In this document: in pieces, positions 1 through 9,699 of the stretch
How positions within the stretch are numbered: position 1 is the stretch's first letter
How the letters are laid out: every line of letters begins with the position of its first letter
Assembly (NCBI GenBank): GCA_964506255.1
Contig: CAZDKE010000005.1
Span: forward strand, 2,876-66,875
Reading direction: 5' to 3'
DNA length: 64,000 nt
DNA from: an uncultured Lishizhenia sp.
GTDB taxonomy: Bacteria > Bacteroidota > Bacteroidia > Flavobacteriales_D > Crocinitomicaceae
Position numbers and translations under genes: made by a program
Notes under the pieces: generated by a model
What the model saw: the letters and a program-made list of their open reading frames with translations, nothing else
Told to the model about the DNA's origin: nothing
Database searches by the model: none

Positions 1-537
1 GAAAACAACTAAATAGGTCTTCCATTTACTTTCAGAAAAAACAAGGAACAAACGAGCAAGCGAATAAGAACCGATAAAGGTCAGGAAATTAAAAAAAAGA
101 CTGTGAACATGGTAATTACCGAAGGAGAACAAACGAACAAAGGCATTTAGTCGGATAACAAGGCGATTATCATTAAGTAAACCGTTGTCATAGGAACGAT
201 ACCAGTTATACATATCTGAATAATACTGTTTTAAGAAATAGTCATTTTCACAATTAATTCCGAAAAGCATTTTAAAATAATCTAAAGGATGTTCCCAAAG
301 CGCATTGTATAAATACTTACTATCATCGAAGTACTTGAAAGTATCAGCCTCCATTCGCACAGGATAGTAATAAGTGTAAATGAGGTAAATTACTAATCCA
401 CAAAAGGCTTTGATTAAAAAGGCAAATTGTAAGGAAAGTGTACTAAAGCCTGCAGTTTTGAAATAGTTTAATTTCCCAATTAGCCACAAAAAAAAGGCAA
501 GGTAGGTGAGGGGCAATAAGAAATTTAAAAATTGCAT
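1..537 (-). CDS. polytopic membrane protein of unknown function, N-terminal part (gene continues beyond the left edge)
   Basis: Minus-strand frame is open from the ATG at 537..535 (MQFLNFLLPLTYLAFFLWLIGKLNYF...) to position 1. It is absent from the ORF track because no stop lies in the window. It has several hydrophobic segments. Confidence 0.6.
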   Translation of the reverse strand, partial: MQFLNFLLPLTYLAFFLWLIGKLNYFKTAGFSTLSLQFAFLIKAFCGLVIYLIYTYYYPVRMEADTFKYFDDSKYLYNALWEHPLDYFKMLFGINCENDYFLKQYYSDMYNWYRSYDNGLLNDNRLVIRLNAFVRLFSFGNYHVHSLFFNFLTFIGSYSLARLFLVFSESKWKTYLVVF

Positions 538-627
538 TGTTACAAAAATACAATTTTAACTCCTAGTTTGAAGTATTGAATAGTATTGAAAGTAAGGTAA
601 ATTGAATTCTATTCTTGATTTTTTAAA

Positions 628-1338
628 TCAACGATCATTATTCCTTGACAACGTATAAGTCAATCCAACAAACATTCCTCCGGAAATAACATTAGAATCT
701 TGTCTTTCTGGATAGATAAGTGAATTATTCAAGTCATTAGCTAATGCATCTACTCCTTTAACATCTTCAAAACCATATTGTAAGCGAGCACCAATCAAGA
801 TTCCAAGTGGAAACTTTTTTATAGGCTTGATGTTTGCCCCAGCTCCTAAAACTGCTGATAAATAGGTTTTGGAATAACGATTCAACACATCATTGTTATT
901 TGTAGGAAAAACAACATCACCTGAAATAGTATAAGTTGCTTTAGAAATACTATTCATTTGAACTCCTGCTTCAAAATATCCTGCTTTTTTCCCTTTAATT
1001 TTTAATAATAGAGGAATATGAGATGTTTTTAAGTCAACTACCGAAGAATAATTCAATGGAATTGTAGTGCCAATAGTACCTGCATAAGCTGCTTTGTGAT
1101 TCCCAAATAATCCTTCTATTCCAACCCCAATTCTGCCAAGAAACAAATTGAATCCAGCTCCATAATTGTAGGCCCAAGCTAAATCATAATCTTGATCATC
1201 ACCTTTATCAGAAATATTTTTGTTGACAATCCAAGTGGAGTTGTAAGAACCTTTTCCTTGAATTTCAAAAGAGAGTTGTGCTAAACTAGTATTCAAACTA
1301 GCAATCAGAATAGTAGTGGTAAGAATTGCTTTTATCAT
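628..1338 (-). CDS. outer-membrane beta-barrel protein (porin/OmpW-like fold)
   Basis: Signal peptide MIKAILTTTILIASLNTSLAQ, followed by Gly/Tyr/Asn-rich alternating amphipathic strands typical of small OM barrels. Confidence 0.6.
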   Translation of the reverse strand: MIKAILTTTILIASLNTSLAQLSFEIQGKGSYNSTWIVNKNISDKGDDQDYDLAWAYNYGAGFNLFLGRIGVGIEGLFGNHKAAYAGTIGTTIPLNYSSVVDLKTSHIPLLLKIKGKKAGYFEAGVQMNSISKATYTISGDVVFPTNNNDVLNRYSKTYLSAVLGAGANIKPIKKFPLGILIGARLQYGFEDVKGVDALANDLNNSLIYPERQDSNVISGGMFVGLTYTLSRNNDR

Positions 1339-1400
1339 AAACTGTAAAAATTAATGTGGAAACGATTAATAATCAAACATAAAGAATAAAGAATCGAAAA

Positions 1401-2081
1401 TCAACTCACATGATAATCCGACAACTCTTGCTCATTGGCGTAATAGAAAATACGAACTTGTGCGGTGTCGTTTAAAAAGTCGATTTTACCAACCTCAACT
1501 CGGTTGATTACCAAGCCTGTTCTTTTTTCAAGGTCAGCTTTCATTTGCTCATTTTTGTCAGGTGTGATTAAGTCAATGCGCTCATAGTTAATGGTTTTGC
1601 GCGTTTCGTGTTTCATCAACCACAGATTTTCCAGCACAAAAGTGAGGGCAATTACGGTTAAATTAATCAAAGCTACTTCTGAAATACTGATTTGATTAGA
1701 AGCTAAAGCATTCACCACACTAATCCCAATTATCAAAAATAAATAAGTCATTTCTTTGATTTCAATCGCATCGGTGCGGTAGCGGATAATTCCAAAAATG
1801 GCAAACAATCCTAAGCCCATTCCTGTGTCGATGTCTAGTTTTTTCAGTCCAAAGCACAAGAAAAAGGTAATCGTTCCAATCAAATAATAAGTGAAAAGGT
1901 AATCTTTACGTTTGGTGCGAGGGTAATAGAGGAAACGAATGATTATGGTTAGAAAAATAAGATTTACAAGTAATCTAAAAATCAAGGTGTAGAAATCTTC
2001 TGAAAACCAAGTAATTTGATTGGTTTCAACAACTGCTTTTTTTAGTGGTAGGAATAATAGGTTAAAGAATGTCATTTTCAA
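1401..2081 (-). CDS. DUF4956-like membrane protein, the usual partner of bacterial VTC-domain proteins
   Basis: Four to five hydrophobic helices followed by a soluble C-terminal tail. Its start overlaps the stop of the upstream VTC-domain gene by 20 nt. Confidence 0.6.
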   Translation of the reverse strand: MKMTFFNLLFLPLKKAVVETNQITWFSEDFYTLIFRLLVNLIFLTIIIRFLYYPRTKRKDYLFTYYLIGTITFFLCFGLKKLDIDTGMGLGLFAIFGIIRYRTDAIEIKEMTYLFLIIGISVVNALASNQISISEVALINLTVIALTFVLENLWLMKHETRKTINYERIDLITPDKNEQMKADLEKRTGLVINRVEVGKIDFLNDTAQVRIFYYANEQELSDYHVS

Positions 2082-2820
2082 TTTTTTTTAAATGAAGTAA
2101 TTTTTTTTTGAATCGGTTGAATTTTAATTGATTTTCGCCATAGATTTCTATCGAACCTAAGCAATATTTACTCAAGCGATATGGACGAATTTGTTGTTTT
2201 TTCATCAAGACATAAAATGGTGAGTTTCTATCTAAGTCCTCTTGTTTGAGTTCGGCAATCATCAAATTATTAAAGTTTCGTTCGGTGTATTGATGATGAA
2301 AGTTAATGTTGAAATCAAAGGTTAAGCGTTCGTTAAGCGTTTTGTTTATCAGTGTGATGCGTTGAAAAGAATTCCACATCGTCGGCATCAATTGACTTTC
2401 AGCTTGCAATTGTTTGGTCAAAAATTGAAGTTGTTTTTCATCAAATACTTCATCAAATCCATTGGCAGGAATTCGTTTTTTATCTGTTCTACCTTTAAAC
2501 TTATGTTTTACCTCTAAAAATAGAATTTCTGATTCCACGTATTTTCTAATTCTCACTTTGAAACGATTGGTTTTTCCATTGTGATGGTCTTTGAAAAACG
2601 AAAATTGTTCATCGTCGAAATACAAACTTTCGTAATGAGGCGTGCGTGTATTTGCAATTTCAAGTACGTCGTAAAATTGATTTAAACTTTCAAGAAATCC
2701 TGTGAACTTTTCAACTGAAAAAGCAAATTTAGTATCCGTTCGATTCATCAGTTTAACCCGATCCATTTCTGCTAGAGAAATTGGTTTAAAGTTTTGAAGT
2801 ATCGTTTCTATTTTGCTCAT
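2062..2820 (-). CDS. VTC-domain (polyphosphate-polymerase-like, triphosphate-tunnel) protein
   Basis: 252 aa with basic beta-strand motifs (DRVKLMNRTDTKF, RFKVRIRKY, LEVKHKFKGRTDKKR, AELK) resembling the VTC4/CYTH tunnel fold. Family recognised from memory. Confidence 0.65.
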   Translation of the reverse strand: MSKIETILQNFKPISLAEMDRVKLMNRTDTKFAFSVEKFTGFLESLNQFYDVLEIANTRTPHYESLYFDDEQFSFFKDHHNGKTNRFKVRIRKYVESEILFLEVKHKFKGRTDKKRIPANGFDEVFDEKQLQFLTKQLQAESQLMPTMWNSFQRITLINKTLNERLTFDFNINFHHQYTERNFNNLMIAELKQEDLDRNSPFYVLMKKQQIRPYRLSKYCLGSIEIYGENQLKFNRFKKKLLHLKKIENDIL

Positions 2821-2896
2821 TTATATTAATTCAAAGTTAAAGTAATTTTAACTATAAGTGAATAGATGTTGAAAGTTTTGAATACTTGCACAGTTT

Positions 2897-3856
2897 TTAA
2901 ATCTTTAATTCGTTGCCGCACCTAAAATTTCCCTTCGGACACTCTTTGTGTCCGTGTAAGCCGCAAGGGCGACAAGAAAGATTTTCGACCTCAATAATTT
3001 CTGAATTATCTGAAAGTGGACCGAACCCAAATAGAGGAGTGGTGGAACAGAAAAAAGCAATAACTGGTGCGTTCATTGCTGATGCTAAATGCAATGGTCC
3101 TGAGTCGTTTACGAAATTTCTTTTTGCGTTTTTCATCAAAGCCGCTGATTGCATTAAACTTAGTTTTCCAGCGAGATTTATAACTTTTTCAGCGTTAGTT
3201 TTTGCTTTTACTTCTTCACACAATTCTTTGTCATCTGGACCTCCAAGCAGATAAATTGTAGAGTTTTCAGCTGACAATTTAGCAATTAATTTTAACCAAA
3301 TTTCTTTTGGTGCTTGTTTCGTAAACCAAACGGAAGCAGGTGCTAAACAGTAGTAATTTTCTGTTTGATACGTTTTAATTGCTTCAAAATCTTCTGAAGA
3401 TGGATAGAGCTTTGGCTGTCTGTTAACGCTCGAAGTAAGGTGTTTTATTAATTCTAAATTGCGATCTACTTCGTGTTTTCCATTATTAATTTCGTGCGGA
3501 AATGATTGGGTGTAAGCAAAAGAAAATGGATTTTTTTTAAAACCCAGTTTTTGCTTTGCACCAGATAAAAAAATCAAAATTCCTGAAGAGGCAAAACGAT
3601 GCAGATTGATGACTAAATCATATTTATTGGCTCTGATTTTTTTCAGTAATTCGAGTAAAGAAGCGACTTTTTTCTTTTTGTCAAATACAAGTATTTCGTT
3701 TAAGTTCGGGTCATTTTTTAGTAGCGATTGATTGCCGTTTTTTACTAAGAAATCAATTTTAGCGTCGGAGAATTGCGTTTTTAAGTTTCCAATCAAAGGA
3801 GTCGCAAGAATTACATCACCGATAAAGGCTGTTTGAATAATTAAAATTTTCTGCAT
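2897..3856 (-). CDS. glycosyltransferase family 9 (ADP-heptose:LPS heptosyltransferase-like)
   Basis: N-terminus MQKILIIQTAFIGDVILATPLI and the C-terminal DSGPLHLA motif are typical of GT9 enzymes. Confidence 0.8.
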   Translation of the reverse strand: MQKILIIQTAFIGDVILATPLIGNLKTQFSDAKIDFLVKNGNQSLLKNDPNLNEILVFDKKKKVASLLELLKKIRANKYDLVINLHRFASSGILIFLSGAKQKLGFKKNPFSFAYTQSFPHEINNGKHEVDRNLELIKHLTSSVNRQPKLYPSSEDFEAIKTYQTENYYCLAPASVWFTKQAPKEIWLKLIAKLSAENSTIYLLGGPDDKELCEEVKAKTNAEKVINLAGKLSLMQSAALMKNAKRNFVNDSGPLHLASAMNAPVIAFFCSTTPLFGFGPLSDNSEIIEVENLSCRPCGLHGHKECPKGNFRCGNELKI

Positions 3857-3860
3857 CCGT

Positions 3861-6800
3861 TTATCTTAACAAAGCTACTGTTCCACGTTTGATGTATTTA
3901 TCATCGTTTTGATCGTAGTAAATTAACTCATATTGGAAAATATCACAAGTGGCATCTTTTCCTGAATTTGAAATTGTTCCATCCCAACCTTCAGCTGTGT
4001 CGAATGTTTGAAAAATAATTTGTCCCCAGCGGTCGATGATTGTGAAAGAGTAGCGTTCCATTGCCACATTTGAAAGCACGGGTTTGAAAATTGGATTCAA
4101 TCCGCCCGGTGTAAATGCATTGGGAACAAAAACTAAAGGTTTGTAGATAAAACAGAAATCATTGGAGCGACTTCTTTCCGAGAAATTATAAAAGTTGAAA
4201 GATTCTATTGCTTCCACGTGGTAGCAAATCTCACCGTCAGATTGAATTAAACTGACATCGTCCACGAAATACAGTGAATCTCCGTTTACATTTCCAATAG
4301 GTATTTGCTCAAATTCACCATTCACGCTGCGATAAACTTCATATTCAATTATTTCGCCATTAAATCCTTCATACGGGTTCCAATAAATCGTGTTTATCAT
4401 ATTGTATTCATCTGTTGTCCCAGTGACGAAAATGGTTTTATTGATGTTAGCAAAAGTTCCATCTCCTCCGCAACTATCGGTAAATTTTGTACGATAAAAC
4501 CAAGGATTTAACTCGGTATTTGCTGTATTGTCTAAGAAATAAGTTACATCTCCAGTTACGTTTACACGACCAATTTCTGACCAAGCGCTTTGTTCACTTC
4601 TTCGTTGGAAAATGATTTCTGAAATACCAACGGAAGCGTCAATGTAATCGTAAAGTTTAACTTGTTTATCCTCGATTGTCGCTAATTTGAAATAATGATA
4701 ACTCGGACTTCCTGGCAAAGGAACACTGAAACAATCGGGACTTGAAAAAGCGTATTTTCCGTTGGAGAAATTGGCTTTTACGTAAATGCAATACGTTTCT
4801 GTGCTGGAAACATTAATCGTGTCTGTTGTCGAGGTTGTAATTTTAAAGAGCTCCCAATTGTTGTTGATTTTACCCCAAATTTCATAATTAACGGTCGTAC
4901 TTCCAATGTATGGAACACAAGTAATTACTGCTTTTTGGTCACACATTAAGATCGAATGAGAAATGGTCATACTCGTGTGAATCGGACTTTTGGCTGAGGT
5001 TTGATAAGTCACAGGTACAGCGGATGTAAAACAAGAATCGAAGGCTGCAACTGAATAAGAAAAAGGTCCGTTTGTTAAGTCGGTGGGATACGTGTAAGAG
5101 GTATTATTCCAACCCCAAACGGTATCTAATTCAAATAAAAATCCATTTTCATCGAAGGTGTAAATTACATAACCATACGTATCAGGCTGTTGATTTTGAT
5201 TCCAAGTCAATAAAATTTGATTATTGCTCGTGTCCACACCTACTGAATAAATAATTGGAATATTTGGTGTGATCATATCTGTAAACAAATCGCCGACAAC
5301 GTTTGAAGTGAAATCACAAATCGAAGTTGGAAGCACCACTTTGTAGGAAATAAAAGCCTCACAAATGTCTATGGTATCGCGGTAAAGCGTTGTATTGTAA
5401 GGAACACTGTCTAAAAATGTAAAAGTTCCAGTTGGATATTCTCTGTAAATGTGATAGTGGGAATTGTAATGTGATTGAGGTGTTGCACTCGGTTTATTCC
5501 ATTGTAAAACGGCGGTTCCATTCAATGGATTATTGACGGATAAACGAATATTGGAAATCGTGTCGCTGTTGCGTTTAACGTTTCCATTGCAACCAGAACG
5601 AACTACGATAAAATAATCGCGAACGTTGGTAACACCTGAAATTGTTTGCTGAACAGTTGTAATATCATTAATTGTAGCAATTAGGCCATCTTGAACGGAG
5701 CGAACTTCGTAAGAGAGAAAAGATAAACTTGGGTTGTTTACTTGATTCCATTTCAAAATTAAATCTCCGTTACTTGCAGTTTCAATACAATTGATTTGAG
5801 TCGCAGGAATAATTCCAGGATTGAGCACGTTTATTTTAACGGTTGTGTAAGTCACACGCGGCACTTGACAGTAATTATCTTGCACTTTGAAAACGAAATT
5901 ATAAGGAATCACATCTGCTACAATTCCAAAATCGTTGATGAGATGATCGCAATCTGTTTGCCACGTGAAAGTTGCACCTGCATTCGTAACTCCTGAAATT
6001 GGAACTGGACTGTTTAGAAATGCACAAGGTTCAGTATCACAACCTGTTGCTGCTGTAAGGTTGGTACCAAACATTGGTCCAGAAGCAGTTAAGTAAACCG
6101 ATTGAGGTGAATTATCTTGCAATAAATCAGTGTCGCTAACATTCAAAGTGAAAGTTATTGGGTCACCAGCGCTTACCGTTGTTTCAAATGAATTTCCTGG
6201 GAAAGGAGCAACAATTGTTGGGGCATTATTGGCAGGATTACAACCCACTACAACAAGCTGCATTTCGCGTTCAACTTCAGAAATCAAATAACCTAAACGG
6301 TAGGATTTCACACTTAATTTCACTACAAAATTTCCCACTGTGTAGCTTGTGAAACGCAATTCTCCAGTTACAGGGTCAACTGTTGCGGGAACATTATTTG
6401 GGTTTAAACTCGTTCCGGGCGTTGGGCTTGAAAAGGAAAAACCACTTTCAAATGGAATAGCAATTGGATTGGTTGGTGGGTCAAAAACGCCAGTTGGGAA
6501 ATAGTTAAAAGGCATACTAAAATCAACGTGGATTGAATCTAAATCGGGGTCAACCGCATTCATATTATATTGGTATTGACTTCCGGCACAACTCACAAAA
6601 TACGGTTCTTGCAAGAAAATAGGAGAGGAGTCTAAACAAGAAATTCCGTTGTTACCCGGAATTGCATACATTTTTGCCATTAAAGTGATTCCGTAAGTGG
6701 AAGGATTGACAATGTTGGTCAGTGCGCTACTTCGAGAGAAATTTTCGTAAGTAAAAATCCAACCTTGCGTTGGTGGTGTTCCTAATAAAGTTATAGGATC

Positions 6801-7148
6801 GCTACTGTATTTTACACGCTCAATGGCACCGATTCCATTTCCTCCGCCTGCACCAATGCCACATTCTAGCATCGGAGGTGAACCAACAACAGGAGAACAT
6901 TGCGGTGAAATATCTTCTCTTGAGACAAATTGTAAACTTATACTTGTAACTGTTGAATGATTCCAAACACGCAGATTTTCAGTCGAAGTATTTACTTGCG
7001 CACCATTGCAATCACGATAAAAAATCAAATCAAAAATGAAGGTGTTTCCGCCAACGCATCGATAAGTTATTTCTCCTCCCATTGCGTGGGAAGCTTTAAA
7101 TGCAAAGGTTTGCATCAGTAGCAAGAGAAACAACACGTATTTTATCAT
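3861..7148 (-). CDS. 1095-aa secreted surface protein with T9SS type-B (gliding-motility-associated) C-terminal sorting domain
   Basis: Signal peptide, and C-terminus ...VFVPNAFTPGGLNPIFKPV...FTIIDRWGQIIFQT...GWDGT... matching the type-B CTD pattern. The body is long and Thr/Ser/Asn-rich with Ig-like character. Confidence 0.85.
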   Translation of the reverse strand: MIKYVLFLLLLMQTFAFKASHAMGGEITYRCVGGNTFIFDLIFYRDCNGAQVNTSTENLRVWNHSTVTSISLQFVSREDISPQCSPVVGSPPMLECGIGAGGGNGIGAIERVKYSSDPITLLGTPPTQGWIFTYENFSRSSALTNIVNPSTYGITLMAKMYAIPGNNGISCLDSSPIFLQEPYFVSCAGSQYQYNMNAVDPDLDSIHVDFSMPFNYFPTGVFDPPTNPIAIPFESGFSFSSPTPGTSLNPNNVPATVDPVTGELRFTSYTVGNFVVKLSVKSYRLGYLISEVEREMQLVVVGCNPANNAPTIVAPFPGNSFETTVSAGDPITFTLNVSDTDLLQDNSPQSVYLTASGPMFGTNLTAATGCDTEPCAFLNSPVPISGVTNAGATFTWQTDCDHLINDFGIVADVIPYNFVFKVQDNYCQVPRVTYTTVKINVLNPGIIPATQINCIETASNGDLILKWNQVNNPSLSFLSYEVRSVQDGLIATINDITTVQQTISGVTNVRDYFIVVRSGCNGNVKRNSDTISNIRLSVNNPLNGTAVLQWNKPSATPQSHYNSHYHIYREYPTGTFTFLDSVPYNTTLYRDTIDICEAFISYKVVLPTSICDFTSNVVGDLFTDMITPNIPIIYSVGVDTSNNQILLTWNQNQQPDTYGYVIYTFDENGFLFELDTVWGWNNTSYTYPTDLTNGPFSYSVAAFDSCFTSAVPVTYQTSAKSPIHTSMTISHSILMCDQKAVITCVPYIGSTTVNYEIWGKINNNWELFKITTSTTDTINVSSTETYCIYVKANFSNGKYAFSSPDCFSVPLPGSPSYHYFKLATIEDKQVKLYDYIDASVGISEIIFQRRSEQSAWSEIGRVNVTGDVTYFLDNTANTELNPWFYRTKFTDSCGGDGTFANINKTIFVTGTTDEYNMINTIYWNPYEGFNGEIIEYEVYRSVNGEFEQIPIGNVNGDSLYFVDDVSLIQSDGEICYHVEAIESFNFYNFSERSRSNDFCFIYKPLVFVPNAFTPGGLNPIFKPVLSNVAMERYSFTIIDRWGQIIFQTFDTAEGWDGTISNSGKDATCDIFQYELIYYDQNDDKYIKRGTVALLR

Positions 7149-7205
7149 AGTAACAAAACGTTATTAACGGCGTTGTAGTATAACGGAATCAATCTAATAA
7201 AGTTG

Positions 7206-8468
7206 CTATCCTGCCGAAACGATTGAAAAACTGTCCCAATCCAAGTATTTTTTGGCAAGTTCTCTTAGTTCTTCTGCTTGAATCGATTTGATTTTATGAA
7301 TGAAATCATTGAAGAAATCCAAGTCTAAATCTTGATTTTCAACGGATAAAAACAATTCCATCAAGGCATAAGGTCCATCGGCGTTTTTTAGAGTTTGACC
7401 AAGCAAGTAATTTCTAACCAAGTTCAATTCCTCTTCACTCACTAATTCTTGCTGTAATTTCTCGATTTCTTTACGAATTTCGGTCAAGGTCGCTTCTTTC
7501 AATTCTTTTCCAACTTCTGTTCCGATGACGAAATAACCACTGTCTTTAATTTCACTTAAGTAAGAACCAATTCCGTAAGTGTAGCCTTTATCTTCGCGGA
7601 TGTTTTTCATTAAACGACTTCCGAAGAAATCACCCAAAATTGTATTTAGAATCATAAATCCAAAATAATCTGGATGCGTTTTATTGAAAAGTGTTTTTCC
7701 AACTCGAATTGCTGTTTGAACAGCGTTTGCTTTTTCAACGTGAACTGTTGCTACTTTATTTTGAAAATTAAGAGTTGCTTTTTCTTGTTTTTCGACTGCC
7801 CAACTTGAAATCGAATTGGCAATAGCAGAAACAACTTCTTCTTTAAAATCACCGACCAAAAATACTTTTTTCAGTCCTTTTTTATAGTTCTTTTCAAAAT
7901 AGCTAACAATTTCTTCTCGGCTTACTGAATTGTAATCTTCTAAGTTAATTGTTCGGTTATAATGCGTTCCATCAAAAATCAACCCTTGAAATCTACGTTG
8001 CGCCAAAAAACTAACTTTTTCAAGGTTTATTTGAAGTTTTTGTTTGCGATCGTTTATTAATTCTTCGACTTCAGTTGAAGGAAAAGTTGCGTTTTCCATC
8101 ATTTCAACGAAAAGTTTTACAACGGTAGGAAGTTGCTCATTTAATGCGTAAAACGTAACAATAGCTGTTTCAAATCCTAGTCCGACATCAAAGTAAGCTC
8201 CCAAACTATCCAATTCGTTGTGGATTTGAGTAGAAGTTTTGTCTTTAGTTCCCGAAAAAAGCAATCCTGATGTTAAGGCACTTATTACATTGGAGCCAAC
8301 TGTAGTTCCTGCATCGAAATAAAAATCAATACGTGACGTAGCATTTGGAACTTTTCTCATCCAATACAAAGGCAAGCTTGGCGTACATTTTACCAATTCA
8401 GGGGTAACAAATGAAATGTCAGTTAATTCTCCAAGTGAAGGTGGGTTTTTTCTATTCAGCATTGGCAA
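7206..8468 (-). CDS. M16 (pitrilysin/insulinase) family protein, non-catalytic subunit type
   Basis: Length and sequence are M16-like but there is no HxxEH zinc motif. It overlaps the upstream M16 gene by 17 nt. Confidence 0.75.
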   Translation of the reverse strand: MPMLNRKNPPSLGELTDISFVTPELVKCTPSLPLYWMRKVPNATSRIDFYFDAGTTVGSNVISALTSGLLFSGTKDKTSTQIHNELDSLGAYFDVGLGFETAIVTFYALNEQLPTVVKLFVEMMENATFPSTEVEELINDRKQKLQINLEKVSFLAQRRFQGLIFDGTHYNRTINLEDYNSVSREEIVSYFEKNYKKGLKKVFLVGDFKEEVVSAIANSISSWAVEKQEKATLNFQNKVATVHVEKANAVQTAIRVGKTLFNKTHPDYFGFMILNTILGDFFGSRLMKNIREDKGYTYGIGSYLSEIKDSGYFVIGTEVGKELKEATLTEIRKEIEKLQQELVSEEELNLVRNYLLGQTLKNADGPYALMELFLSVENQDLDLDFFNDFIHKIKSIQAEELRELAKKYLDWDSFSIVSAG

Positions 8469-9699
8469 GGGCTTTAACTTTTAAAAGTGAACATCTTTTC
8501 TTAATCAATAAATTTTTGGCAACTGAAAGCAAGTGTTTGGAAGTGATTTGTTGATAGATTTCTTGTTCCTCGTTGATTCCATTTGCATCGCCTAATAACT
8601 CAAAGAAACTCAAATTCATTGCACGATTGAGCAATCCTTGTTCTTGAAATTCTTTAGCTGTTCTTAGTTTGATTTTCAAGCGATTCAATTCTTTTTCCGG
8701 TAACTCATTTTCTGTCGCTTTTTGCAATTCTATCCAAAGCGCTTCGTCTAAGGCTTCAAAGCTAACACCGTCGTTTAATTTTCCTGAAATAATCAGTAAA
8801 CCTTCATCGATAGAACCCGTAATATAGGCATTGATTTCTGCTACTAATTTCTTTTCTTTTTTCAGTGTAATGTAGAGATTGGAAGATTTCTCACTTCCCA
8901 AATAATCGCTTAATAAATCGGTAATATAATATTCTGGACTTTTACGTTCCGCCATTTTGAAGGCGTAGTAAAAAGCATTTGCAGGTACATTTCTTTCAAT
9001 AGTCAACTCGCGGTATTCCGTTTGAATGGGTTCTTTTGGAAGAATGCGAGGAGGTTTTAATCCTTTGGGAATAGCTCCAAACCAATAATTGACTTTTTCT
9101 TTTATTGTTGCTAGTTCAAAATTTCCAGCGATGCACAAAATTGCGTTGGAAGGGTTGTAAAACTTCGCGAAAAAGTTTTTTACATCCTCCATTTTCGTTT
9201 GCTCGATGTGACTTAATTCCTTACCAATTGTTGCCCATTTGTATGGATGTTCTTTGTAAGCAAGTGGTCGTAATTGCAACCAAACATCACCATATGGTTG
9301 ATTCAAATAACGTTGTTTGAATTCCTCAATTACCACATTTCGTTGTACTTCCAAGCTTTTCTCTGTGAAGGCAAGCGACAACATTCGATCACTTTCCAAC
9401 CAAAGCGCTGTGTCTAAATTGTTTGCGGGAAGCACGTCGTAATAGTTCGTGATATCGTTGCTAGTGAAAGCGTTACTTTCTCCGCCCGCCATTTGCAATT
9501 GCGTATCGAAGTCGCTGATATTTTTGGATCCACCAAACATCAAATGCTCAAATAAATGCGCAAAACCAGTATGTTCTTCGGATTCATCGCGAGCACCAAC
9601 ATCGTATAGTGTGTTGACAACCGCCATTGGAGTTGTTATATCTTGATGAAAAAGAACTTTGAGTCCATTTTCTAGTTCAAACCTTTCAAATTGTATCAT
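8452..9699 (-). CDS. M16 family zinc peptidase, catalytic subunit type
   Basis: Inverted zinc motif HLFEH within GFAHLFEHLMFGGS near the N-terminus. Confidence 0.85.
   Translation of the reverse strand: MIQFERFELENGLKVLFHQDITTPMAVVNTLYDVGARDESEEHTGFAHLFEHLMFGGSKNISDFDTQLQMAGGESNAFTSNDITNYYDVLPANNLDTALWLESDRMLSLAFTEKSLEVQRNVVIEEFKQRYLNQPYGDVWLQLRPLAYKEHPYKWATIGKELSHIEQTKMEDVKNFFAKFYNPSNAILCIAGNFELATIKEKVNYWFGAIPKGLKPPRILPKEPIQTEYRELTIERNVPANAFYYAFKMAERKSPEYYITDLLSDYLGSEKSSNLYITLKKEKKLVAEINAYITGSIDEGLLIISGKLNDGVSFEALDEALWIELQKATENELPEKELNRLKIKLRTAKEFQEQGLLNRAMNLSFFELLGDANGINEEQEIYQQITSKHLLSVAKNLLIKKRCSLLKVKALANAE

Noticed and set aside
2913-3254. 113-codon plus-strand ORF overlapping the GT9 gene
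   Set aside because: It is antisense to a gene with clear family motifs, and its translation has no recognisable features.
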